Below, one piece after another: positions 11,066 through 22,367 of a DNA stretch of 64,000 nucleotides. Source of the DNA: Nemertoderma westbladi (lineage: Eukaryota; Animalia; Xenacoelomorpha); assembly GCA_032718475.1 (NCBI GenBank), contig JAUCBJ010003629.1, positions 21,485 to 85,484 on the forward strand, read 5' to 3'. Both the position numbers and the translations under genes were made by a program. The notes beneath the pieces are model-generated. The model was not told the origin of the DNA, made no database searches, and worked only from the letters and a program-made list of their open reading frames with translations. The stretch's first letter is position 1; each line of letters opens with the position of its first letter.

Positions 11066-12704
11066 TAACATATGGAGTGGGTGTGTGACTATATCATTTT
11101 ATATTTGTTTTTTATTTTATATTTATGTATGTATTATTACGTAATTTTATTATAATCGTTTTCTTTAATTTTATTTAGTAGAATGTTATTTTAGCGATTA
11201 TTTAGTAAATTAGTGCAATATATTAGTGTTTATTACGTACTTAATTACTTATAATATATTTAGTGCGACGGCAAGAAATAATTATTTTTCTCTTTCCTTA
11301 CTGTCTGTATTATATTATAAATGCGAGACTATAGTAAGATGACATGTCAGTACTTATTAAAGTAAAAAAAAAAAAAAAAAAAAAAGCCACTACTATATTT
11401 AAGTATTATTGGTAGGCAGAGTATTAGGAATGCAAAGTTCAGATCCTCGAGTCTCGGCTAAACCAAGCTCTGGGTAGACCTTGGAAACGACTTGCCTCTT
11501 CACACTGACATTGCTTCGTGCGATATTGCTCTTCTACCTTATAACAAATAATACATATAGTAGCGTGATGTCCCTCTAACAGTAGCGTAAAACGCAAATA
11601 AAGCTGTTAAACCTTTTGACCATCTGTAATTCTAGTCGATTAAGATATCGTGGCACCCACCGATATACTTGAAAGACAAATTCTAGAATCAGTGGTTAAC
11701 GTCCCCAGACAAGTTCTGGAATAAATCGGTGCCCATCCAAAAATATTAATTTAATATTTATTAAAATCTGTAAAATTCCGATCCTTTAAAATTTCTAGTC
11801 AATTAAGATATCGCAGCACTTACCGATACTCTTAAAAGGACGATTTTATAGAATTAAGGATCCTAAGTCCCCAGATATGCTCTGGAATAAAATTTGTGCC
11901 AATTTAACATCAAATAATAAAATTCGAGGGAATAAATTTAAATTCATATTCAAATGAATTTCATAAATTGTCATTTTGTGCAATTTGTAACATTCCCAAA
12001 ATTTCAGTAATTAATAGATCATGGGAGCGGAGATTCATATTGAGTGTATTAGAGTGCGAGAATCTCCAACATATAGTCAATAGCCGATAAAATTTATAAA
12101 ATCATGCATAAAGAGGATATTGACAATTAAAGAATTACTATTAAATAGCATCCCAGATCTGTATGCATGAGAATTACCCTAATTCTACCGCTAGTTTTCC
12201 ATAATGTCACCATGGCAACACCCACGCTAGAATTAGAAACAAGTTAAAGGAACAATAAAAAGCTTGCCCCATTGCGTAGCATAAGAGTATACATAGCGCA
12301 CTGTTAGTATCCAAGGATACATAGTAATAACGTGACATTCTGGAAGACACTGACTAACGGACAAATGGCATGCATGTGTGCAGTAAGTAATGATTGTATG
12401 GAATTTGTGCGTTTATAGGTGAATGTTACTACTAAAGTGTGTTTACAGTAGCTAATCGCAATTGTAAAATAGCCCTAACTCTACCGAGATAACCTCAAGT
12501 GGATTCAAGCCTTTGGGACGGACAGTGGTGGGACTTGTGCCGGTTATCGTTGTCGTGCTGTTGCTACATGTTGGCGTAAACACTGCGACAACGGTACATC
12601 GGCGCTGAGAAACCCACTGTCCGGGGGCAAAGCCTAGTAGGCAGCGACGCCCGCTTGCCTGAAATATTAACTCATATTGATATTAATAAACTCAGATAGC
12701 AGAT

Positions 12705-14153
12705 ATGACGGAATTGATAGAAGATGACCTTGGTATTAGAGAGCGATATACTCTACCTTTACAAGCGTTTGTGGATAGTTTGATACGCGGTGAAGCCGAT
12801 CCGACTATTACGGAGGACGATGGTCGTTATATCGAACCGCCGATGTCCCAGGAACAACTTACGCGTGAATTGGACTATAGAAAATTCACCACTCGCTATA
12901 CGAATCGTAATGGTACGAATATGGACTTCTTAACTACCGGCCATCCTATCGATTTACATGATACGGACGATGTATACACCGAAAGGGAAATGGTTCTATT
13001 TAAATATCATACCCAGCGGAGTCGTAACGATAAACCGAGAATAGATCACGAAAATTATATTCGTAACAGACTGGGAAGACGAACCAATATGCCTAGAATC
13101 TGAGGAGATTCAGCCTATCGCGCCCGGAACAGCGACAACGATTACATCCTAGAGTGGTATCAAGGTCCACAGTGTCTCACTGCGTACGATTATCGCCATG
13201 CCAACTATGTTTCTCGGCAACGTTGTCGGTTATGCGCATCGAGAGACCATGTTACGCCCATGGACACAAACGTCCGCTGTTCCTACTTCCACGAACAACT
13301 GACGATGGAAATTTATTGCGCGTATTACAGACTCAATAACTTGCACATTTTTGCGGTTTGCCCTCAATTTATGACTCGATGCCATCATTGTCAATTAAAA
13401 GGACACGCCAGCTTTGATTGTCCCTTTAACCATGATTTAGAGAGCGTAGATGAAATGATTGTACTACGTTATATCAGAGCTTGGGAAGCGAACGCTGATT
13501 TACATTGTGATTCACGCCATCGCTATTATCCTGGACGCGCTTACGAAGGAGTTTATGCGTTCCATCCTTATTTGTTTGCCTCCGTCGAGCAGAAATCGCG
13601 CCTATCAAGTTATGAACTATTGAAGCGCGTTGGAGAATGTATTTCAACCAAATATGTACGCAAATTCCTCAGGAGCATTAATCCGAGTGACATCAATTCG
13701 TATAACTTAATAAACTTTATCCGTCAAGATCCGGCCTATGGAGACTTATTTGTCAACTCACACCCCGAGTTACAGGAAGTATATCGACGGCCTTACGAGT
13801 ACAGAGCCCGCGAACGTGAGTTGGAAAGAACCATTAAACCAAGGAAGTTTCTAACTGCCTATGGTCCACCCACGGCCCTCGTTCAGACCACTCGTAAAGG
13901 ACCCGTAAGAGCGGCTGTCTTGAAACGAGCTCTCAAAGCCGTTAGACCCCTCTCCCCGGACGTTGATGTTAATCAACCCGGTACTTCGACCGGCGGATAT
14001 ACCGATCGCAATCCCACACCTTCTGATGCAATCATATTGCACCCTTCACCCAGGAGTTATAGCCCTCCTCGTAAAGTGGCTCGCCCCAAAGAGAAAAGGA
14101 CTCTTGCTAGCTTTAAAAAACTGCGTAAACGCCGTCCGCGCAAGAAAGACTAA
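12705..14153 (+). CDS. Accessory zinc-knuckle protein of element 1 (one frame broken by TGA at 13101-13103)
   Basis: ORFs 12705-13103 and 13260-14153 share a frame and the gap is open (GDSAYR...QRCRLCASRDHVTP); contains CHHCQLKGHASFDC, WEANADLH and a basic tail KKLRKRRPRKK. Confidence 0.8.
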
Positions 14154-14231
14154 CTGTTTAGAGTATTTTTATATTTTAGAAACTGTGATTTTGTATATTT
14201 TATAGACTTAAATCCCATTTTCTGGGAGCGG

Positions 14232-15414
14232 TGTAAAAGCTTTTGTGGGATAACTGATACGTTTGCCTTTGCTGGCCAGTTCCCCCCCAGTCGCTAGAAT
14301 ACTCTCAAAGGGATTTATAACTAAAATAGTGCAAGCTACCGGCTTATTGGCTGATGTGCTGTACGGAGATATCTGGGCTCAGTTTAATCGGCCAACTAGC
14401 CTAGAGAGGTTGCCTAAGCCTTGCTGTCCGTGTCGGCCAATAGAATTTGCGTAGGCGTTGATTTCGACCTATCCCAGCGCTACTGAACTGAATTTCCTAT
14501 CTCTATGCTCATCCTCTGTGTTGAACGGGAGCTTCGTGGAATAAGGGAGTTGGTATCTTCGTATAGAGCAGTAGTCACATGTTTCTGTTGTTGTGTTCCC
14601 ATTTTTCGCCATAACACCGGCTTTTGGAACAACTCTAGCAAAAACTGCTTAGATTATAGAAAGTATAACTGTTACCGGCGGTGTTACCTCACTTAATTTA
14701 ACTGCACTAATCATATTGTTTGTACTGCTATTTACCGTCAGTTATTAATTGTATCGATTTGTTGATGAAATATTGTCATTTGGAGAATATTGATAAATCA
14801 CCCAAATTTCCCAATTTCTTGATACACTACAGGTTAGAGAGACAGGCTATATATAACAATTGCGATTTATATCAATGTGGTGCGTATTGAATCTAATGTT
14901 ATTTAGTAGACACTACCTGAGTCAATTGCTGTTCTCTTTATGTGTGATCAAATATACTGACGGTCGGCAGAATAGTGTGCATGATTGTGAGTGTGATGTG
15001 ACTGGTAACAAAGCATTTCCTAAAGAATGCGACTTATACTTTAATCATAAGCCTTATCGTTGCGTTTAGTATAAGTCCTAGCTCTGTTTAAATAGATAGA
15101 GCGCCACGTCCTAAAGGAACTGTTAATATTTCCCGAAAGCCAATAATATCTGTCAGAAATTAATTAATAACGATCTATCGAATAATACAGTAAGTTTACA
15201 CTGCAACCTTACGCTGCAATAATAAAATTTAAGCAGCCGAATTCAGCCTCCCGGGTGTAGATCCATCGGGTGAATGATCGCGCATGGGCTGACTTCGGGT
15301 AATGTTTTGTATATTAGCATAAAATATTGTCGTATGCTAAAGGTGTTTTAATTAACTAAAAGACATATAAATTTTGGCAGGTTAAACTGCTAAAGGTCTT
15401 CAAAAGCGCGAACA
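14232..15414 (+). repeat. 3' LTR of element 1
   Basis: TGTAAAAGC...GCGAACA, copy of 4169-5351. Confidence 0.96.
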
Positions 15415-16252
15415 TCCTGCGACGTTAAAGTCTGAGACAGTAGGTCCTGCGACGTTAAATTCTGAGACAGTAGATCCTGCGACGTTAAATTCCGCGACAG
15501 TAGGTCCTGTGACGTTAAATTCAGAGACAGTAGGTCCTGCGACGTTAAATTCTGCGACAGTAGGTCCTGCGACATTAAATGTTGAGACAGAAGGTCCTGC
15601 GACGTTAAATTCTGAGACAGTAGGTCCTGTGACGTTAAATTCAGAGACAGTAGGTCCTGCGACGTTAAATTCTGCGACAGCAGGTCCTGCGACATTAAAT
15701 GCTGAGACAGAAGGTCCTGCGACGTTAAATTCTGAGACAGTAGGTCCTGCGACGTTAAATTCTGAGACAGAAGGTCCTGCGACGTTAAATTCTAAGACAG
15801 TAGGTCCTGCGACGTTAAATTCAGAGACAGTAGGTCCTGCGACGTTAAATTCTGCGACAGCAGGTCCTGCGACATTAAATGTTGAGACAGAAGGTCCTGC
15901 GACGTTAAATTCTGAGACAGTAGGTCCTGCGACGTTAAATTCTGCGTCAGCAGGTCCTGCAACATTAAATGCTGAGACAGAAGGTCCTGCGACGTTAAAT
16001 TCTGAGACAGTAGGTCCTGCGACGTTAAATTCTGAGACAGTAGGTCCTGTGACGTTGAATTCTAAGACAGTAGGTCCTGTGACGTTAAATTCAGAGACAG
16101 TAGGTCCTGTGACGTTAAATTCTGAGACAGTAGGTCCTGCGACGTTAAATTCTAAGACAGTAGGTCCTGTGACGTTAAATTCAGAGACAGTAGGTCCTGT
16201 GACGTTAAATTCTGAGACAGTAGGTCCTGCGACGTTAAATTCAGAGACAGTA
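15415..16252. repeat. 30-bp minisatellite, right part (~28 units)
   Basis: Tandem GACGTTAAATTCTGAGACAGTAGGTCCTGC units with point variants. Confidence 0.95.
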
Positions 16253-16304
16253 GATATGTATGTACTACCCACCAAATCCACAGCCACCACTTCTACTGTG
16301 TCCA

Positions 16305-16680
16305 CAGTAATATATTGCTGCAGTCAAAACAATGCATCAGAGCTAGAACTAGCCATCAAGTTTCATGAAGATCTGTCTGGATTTATAAAGGACATTCCTA
16401 AACACAATGTCCAAGTAATTTGTGGTGACTGTAATGCACAAATTCGCCCAGAAGCCAGCAGGGGTTACACCTATAACTTCAGTATGAACAGAAGTGGCTG
16501 CTTACTCTTAGATCTAATGGAAGAATGTGAATTGATTCCATCAAACACCACATTTGAAAAAAGTAAGGTAAGCTGTGGACCTTAAATTACTGTGGACCTG
16601 ATAAAACCAATGTACAGCTGGATAATTCCTTATCAACAAAAAGTGGAGAAACAACTTATGATTAATTGCCAGGGGCCGGC
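16305..16680 (+). pseudogene. Degraded APE endonuclease fragment of the RTE family at 45472-49026
   Basis: VIYCCSQNNASELELAIKFHEDLSGFIKDIPKHNVQVICGD aligns with VICCYSPTNASEPEQAVKFYEELTGLIKDIPKHNVKVIAGD. Confidence 0.88.
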
Positions 16681-16691
16681 GCCAAGAAGCT

Positions 16692-18545
16692 CCACTACAA
16701 CTACTACTACTAGGATCGGCATGCTGCATTGCAGCTGCATTTTTAAGAATGCTGTGCCGGCTTGTCGACAAAATTGCGCCGCTACAACTCGCTATCACCC
16801 GTGACATTTGCTAGATCATCTGCATCTTCAAGGCCAGTGTCCTTTAAGATGCGTCTCAAGAAAGTCATGGGCTGTCCACCTTGCTTATTTAATCCATGAG
16901 GCAACCAAAGCACAAGATTATGCACTGGCTGGTCCTCACGACGGAAGCAAGCTTGGGGGAACCAATGAGACACCTCCAATGTCATATAGTGTCTTGTTGG
17001 AGATGTGTGCATTGTACTTGACACAATGAACCCGCCCTAGCATTCTTGTGTATGTGCCATCCAAAGATTTGGTGTCCTCAGCAGTTAGAGCCCAGCATCG
17101 ACTCCCATAGAGGAGTACTGGAAATACTGCTGCTCTAAATAATTGGACCCTAAGTTTCCGATTAATTCTCTGTGACTTACAAATCCTGGAAAGCCTATTC
17201 AAGCTGCCCATGCCTTTGCCTTATGTATTTGTAGGTACCTGTCTTCCGAATTCATGATCCCAGGTAACAGAAGTCGTCCACATGCTCTAGCAAACCATCC
17301 GGTGAGCTTATGCTCATCTCGTAGAGACTTGGTGAGGACTTTCAGAGTTAACTGTCAAAATTTTGGTCTTTTTGGAGTTAATAAAAAGACCAACACTAGA
17401 AGCAGCCTGTTCTAATGAGCTGAGGAGTCGTTGGGCTCCCTCTAGTGATTCTGAGAGTACTCGTAAGTCATCAGCAAAGTCTAGATCAGTTAGGTACTTG
17501 GCAGGATTTCCTCTCAGACTTCTGGAGCCAGTAGGTGGAGTTACCATCACCCCATTATCATTATGATGATCTAAGGAAATGCATAGAATATAGTCAACCA
17601 CAATTATGAACAAGAATGGCGCAAGTGTGTCTCCTTGGAGGACTCCCCATAATACTTCAAATGGTTCTGTGTCACCATCAACAGTAGACACAAATGTTGT
17701 CGAACCATCGTATACATCTGATTGCTGCAATAATTTCATCAGGAATCTCATATAATGAAAGTATGCTGAACATACGTGAGCGAGAGACTGAAGCAAAGGC
17801 CTTGAAGAAGTCAACAAAGATAACAGCCAGATGCCTGTCTTTCTTATTTGATTACTCTTCAATTATAATCATCAGTGCCAAAATGGGCTCCATAGTTCCG
17901 CGACCTTTACGGAATCCATTCTGATTTCCACAGAGCAGTCTTTCAATTGGATCCCTGAGGCGATTTAATATAATTCTATTGTATAGCTTTGCAGCAATAG
18001 AGATCAATGAGATTCCCCGAAAAGAACCATATTGTTTTAGGTTGCCCTTCTTGGGAACTGGTACCAACTTATTTGTTTTCATTTCTTGTGGGACTCTTGT
18101 TATTCTGTACATGTCTAGTATGATGGGATTGATGGGCTTTAAACACGCAGGTATTTTAAAAACCTCAGGGGGAACACCATCTACTCCACTGGTACGATTG
18201 GTCTTAATGCTCTTTGCAGCAGCCTTCACTTCTGCAAAGGAGATATTGCAAATAAATGGGAATATCTGGGAGTACAGACTCAGATACTTTTACTTCTATA
18301 AAGTCATCAGGCAATACCCTGTCATTATTGAAGAGCTTTTCAACCGTTGAGGCGATTGGCTGGTGATTCTGCCTTAACCTTGGTGGTTGGTTGGCTTTTC
18401 CGCCCAGTAAGGAAGTTGATCGATTTCCAAGCCTGGGATGATTGCCTGCTGACATCAGCATCATTGATGGCATCAACCTGCCAAGAAGCTCTGTTACTGT
18501 TAATGACGCTGTTAGTGAAGTTGGTGACTGCCTTGAAACCTCCAT
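16692..18545 (-). mobile_element. 5'-truncated, frameshifted RTE-clade LINE (RT domain and 3' end)
   Basis: QNGFRKGRGT, GVLQGDTLAPFLF, LDFADDL, LLYGSRCW motifs; (TAG)n tail at 16692-16713. Confidence 0.9.
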
Positions 18546-20490
18546 TAATTATTCCTATGTTAACTTAACGGAATCCAGCTTCATGAAGCTCTGTTAAGTT
18601 AATGGATTAATGTAATTATTTAGTTTATTTAGTTATTTCAATTAAGGGATTTATATATGTGAAGAGTATATATGTGAGGCTACTTTAAGATTCCGTTAAG
18701 AACTTTCATTTATGGTTTTACAGTACACCTAAACTGAATTTGGTACCAGTAACAATGTGGCGTATTGCTGCTAATAATAATAATATATTTTATTCTTTAA
18801 CTCGAGGATTATAAGATAATTGCATGATGCAGCCGAGGAAAACAGCAACCATAACTGATGGTTATTTAGATTTAGAATCGAGAATGTTTCGCCTATGGTT
18901 TGACCCTTAAAGATAAACTTAAAGATATGGAATTTTTCAATGGAATCGCTATACAAAAGAAGTTGTATTTTTATGTAGATTTATGTGGTAGACTCAGTGC
19001 GCCTCTAGAAAGAATGACGCATAGGTCTAATAGTCAATCTGTGGAAACTTAAAGATGAAATAAAATGACGAAATTATTTCGATTACTCGCGATTTCCCAG
19101 GATTATAGGTTGTGTTGTTGGCTGCCATATCTGAATAAAGGTAGACCCTAAGAACGCTATAATGTGGCGCATAAAAGGACTAAGTCATCTATAGAAAGAT
19201 GTAACAGCAAACTGAAAATGCGACTTCAGGTTCTAGCAGGTTTGATAAAAATAATGATTTTATAAAAAAAATCAAAAAGGTCAGATTTATTTGATTTAAA
19301 TCAGATTTTTTTATATTTAAGAGGAATAACCTTTACTCCACTAAAGGCATCAAAAATCATAATGGCGTGTGTTTGTCTCCATAACTGGGCAGAAAAACAC
19401 AGTTTGCAAAGACAACAGACACCCTCCATAATCCTGAAGTTTTAGGTCAAGGAGTGACTAGGAACGATTTAGTAACAATGTGTTTTCTTACATATGAACA
19501 TTAATATTAAGTAAATTGTGTCACTGAATATTCTTAGTTGCCTTATATTGTATTATATTATAGGTACAATACAGTACTATCAAAATAATACATAATAGGC
19601 CTACTTTAATAATTTAATTTTAACTCGTAGAAAAACAATTTAATTGAAATACGATTCTTTGCAGATGATTAAGGCTGCTGTAACTATTGTATTTCTTCAG
19701 AGATGTTGAAGGGTTGGAATATTCATAATACTGATTCTTATTGGTGTTATTTACTATTATTATTTACTACTATATATTATTGGTTTGATTTGCTTGTAGG
19801 CTTTACTTTTTCTTTTATTATTTACCTATGTGGCTGGTTGCGAGAAAAGGGACTGGGGACCACATGGTCGATTTTGCGTTTTTAGGCCTATTAGATGCAG
19901 AATTTTCTGGGCTTTCCGAATATCGAACTAGTTTTTTCATATCGTTTTTCGTTAAAAAGTTATGAGTGTTTAAACAAAAATTTAAAAACGCAGGTCCCTT
20001 TTCTTGCAACCAATGTTAATTTCTTGATGTGGTCCCTTTCTGGCATCCATCTCAGGTATTTTTCGTGCTAAAATGTTCAAATGTTTTTATAATTCACTAA
20101 AATTAATTTTTTTGCGCTATATATAGCGGTTGTTTTGCACACTGATCACAAATATGACACTCAGAAATTTCGTATTATCCAACCAAATTCGCTTTTTGCA
20201 ATTTGAAATGTTTGCTACTTGTAATTTTCGTCCCACCAGACAAGCACCAAAATTGACAGTTGTGTTACCACGAATGATTTGTAACGTGTTGTATCGTGAT
20301 CAGCGACCTTGAAAAGAATCAGATCAGAATTACCAAACCAAAGACATAATTTGACAGTTTATAAGTTTGTGCTACTTGTAATTTTCGTTCTGAGGCTCTA
20401 GAATAGCACCAAAATTGGGTTTGCATTACCAGAAATATTTATAACTAGTTTCATCGTAATCAGCGACCTCGAAAGCACGTACGTTCAGAA

Positions 20491-22295
20491 GGTTATATTG
20501 AAAAATATCGAGACATGAAAAATATCGAGAGTAAAAATAACGCGAGTAAAAACATCGAGTGTTGAAAAATAACGATAATATCGAGAGTTCAAAAAATATC
20601 GAGAGTAAAAATATCGAGGGTAAAAATATCGAGAGTAAAAATACCGAGTGTTGAAAAATATCGTGAGTAAAAATATCGAGTGTTGAAAAATATCGAGTGT
20701 TGAAAAATATCGAGTGTTGAAAAATATCGAGTGTTGAAAAATATAGAGAGTAAAAATAACGCGAGTAAAAACATCGAGTGTTGAAAAATAACGATAATAT
20801 CGAGAGTTCAAAAAATATCGAGAGTAAAAATATCGAGGGTAAAAATATCGAGAGTAAAAATACCGAGTGTTGAAAAATATCGAGAGTAAAAATATCGAGA
20901 GTAAAAATATCGAGTGTTGAAAAATATCGAGAGTAAAAATATCGAGTGTTGAAAAATATCGAGAGTAAAAATATAGAGTGTTGAAAAATATCGAGAGTAA
21001 AAATATCGAGTGTTGAAAAATATCGAGAGTAGAAATATCGAGTGTTGAAAAATATCGAGAGTAAAAATATCGAGTGTTGAAAAATATCGAGAGTAAAAAT
21101 ATAGAGTGTTGAAAAATATCGAGAGTAAAAATATCGAGTGTTGAAAAATATCGAGAGTAAAAATATCGAGAGTAAAAATATCGAGTGTTGAAAAATATCG
21201 AGAGTAAAAATATCGAGTGTTGAAAAATATCGAGAGTAAAAATATAGAGTGTTGAAAAATATCGAGAGTAAAAATATCGAGTGTTGAAAAATATCGAGAG
21301 TAAAAATATCGAGTGTTGAAAAATATCGAGAGTAAAAATATAGAGTGTTGAAAAATATCGAGAGTAAAAATATCGAGTGTTGAAAAATATCGAGAGTAGA
21401 AATATCGAGTGTTGAAAAATATCGAGAGTAAAAATATCGAGTGTTGAAAAATATCGAGAGTAAAAATATAGAGTGTTGAAAAATATCGAGTGTTGAAAAA
21501 TATCGAGTGTTGAAAAATATCGAGTGTTGAAAAATATCGAGTGTTGAAAAATATCGAGTGTTGAAAAATATCGAGTGTTGAAAAATATCGAGGGTAAAAA
21601 TATCGATAGTAACAATTTTTTTAAATAAGGGTTGTATGATAATTTTTTTACTAAAAATGTTCTAGAACAACAATATTTATCAACATTTGGTAGCTTATAA
21701 GGTACGTGTTCTAATATAATATTTAACAATATTTATAATATTTATCAAAATTTATAGCTAGCACTTCTTTTATAATATTTATTAAAAAAATAGCAAAAAC
21801 TAGCTAGTATAATAAATCTGGTAAATGGGTACACAAGGTGTATTACATAATGCCATTCACTTGCACTGTTGTAACCCATGCACTGCAATATTGTTCCATA
21901 ATTCTAAATAAAATGCTCAAGTAAAATGCAATATTTTTACTCTCGATATTTTTCAACACTCGATATTTTTCAACACTCGATATTTTTCAACACTCGATAT
22001 TTTTACTCTCGATATTTTTCAACACTCGATATTTTTACTCTCGATATTTTTCAACACTCGATATTTTTACTCTCGATATTTTTCAACACTCGATACTTTT
22101 ACTCTCGATATTTTTCAACACTCGATATTTTTCAACACTCTTTATTTTCGATATTTTTCATCAAGTGTTATTTTTACTCTCGATATTTTTTAATCACGTT
22201 AATTTTCAACACTCGTTATTTTTACTCTCGATATTTTTACTCTCGTTATTTTTACTCTCGATATAATTCAAGTCTCGATATTTTTCACCATTACC
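20491..22295. mobile_element. Foldback-type non-autonomous DNA transposon (Mutator-like) with satellite arms
   Basis: Inverted arrays of AAAATATCGAG(TGTTGA/AGTA) at 20497-21610 and 21930-22290; GG...CC ends; GTTCAGAA duplicated on both flanks (20483-20490, 22296-22303). Confidence 0.8.
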
Positions 22296-22367
22296 GTTCA
22301 GAATTATCAAACCAAACACATTTTTTATAATTTTGACATTTTTTTTACTTGTACTTTTCATACTGGG

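Larger units (their letters stand above)
4169..15414 (+). mobile_element. Bel/Pao LTR retrotransposon, element 1 (non-autonomous: gag-protease plus accessory ORF)
   Basis: 1183-bp LTRs with TG...CA ends, 5-bp TSD TCCTG (4164-4168 and 15415-15419), PPT-like TGGGAGCGG before the 3' LTR, Bel/Pao gag motifs. Confidence 0.96.

Noticed and set aside
11364-11385. Poly(A) tail of a retrocopy inside element 1
   Set aside because: No properly spaced polyadenylation signal, TSD or recognisable upstream insert
15390-16305. Long repetitive ORFs on both strands (mucin- or antifreeze-like)
   Set aside because: Produced by a 30-bp minisatellite without stops in several frames; the array is split by an LTR element and runs into a LINE fragment
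20485-22330. 414-aa and 134-aa F/Y/S/I-rich ORFs
   Set aside because: Translations of the foldback satellite arms
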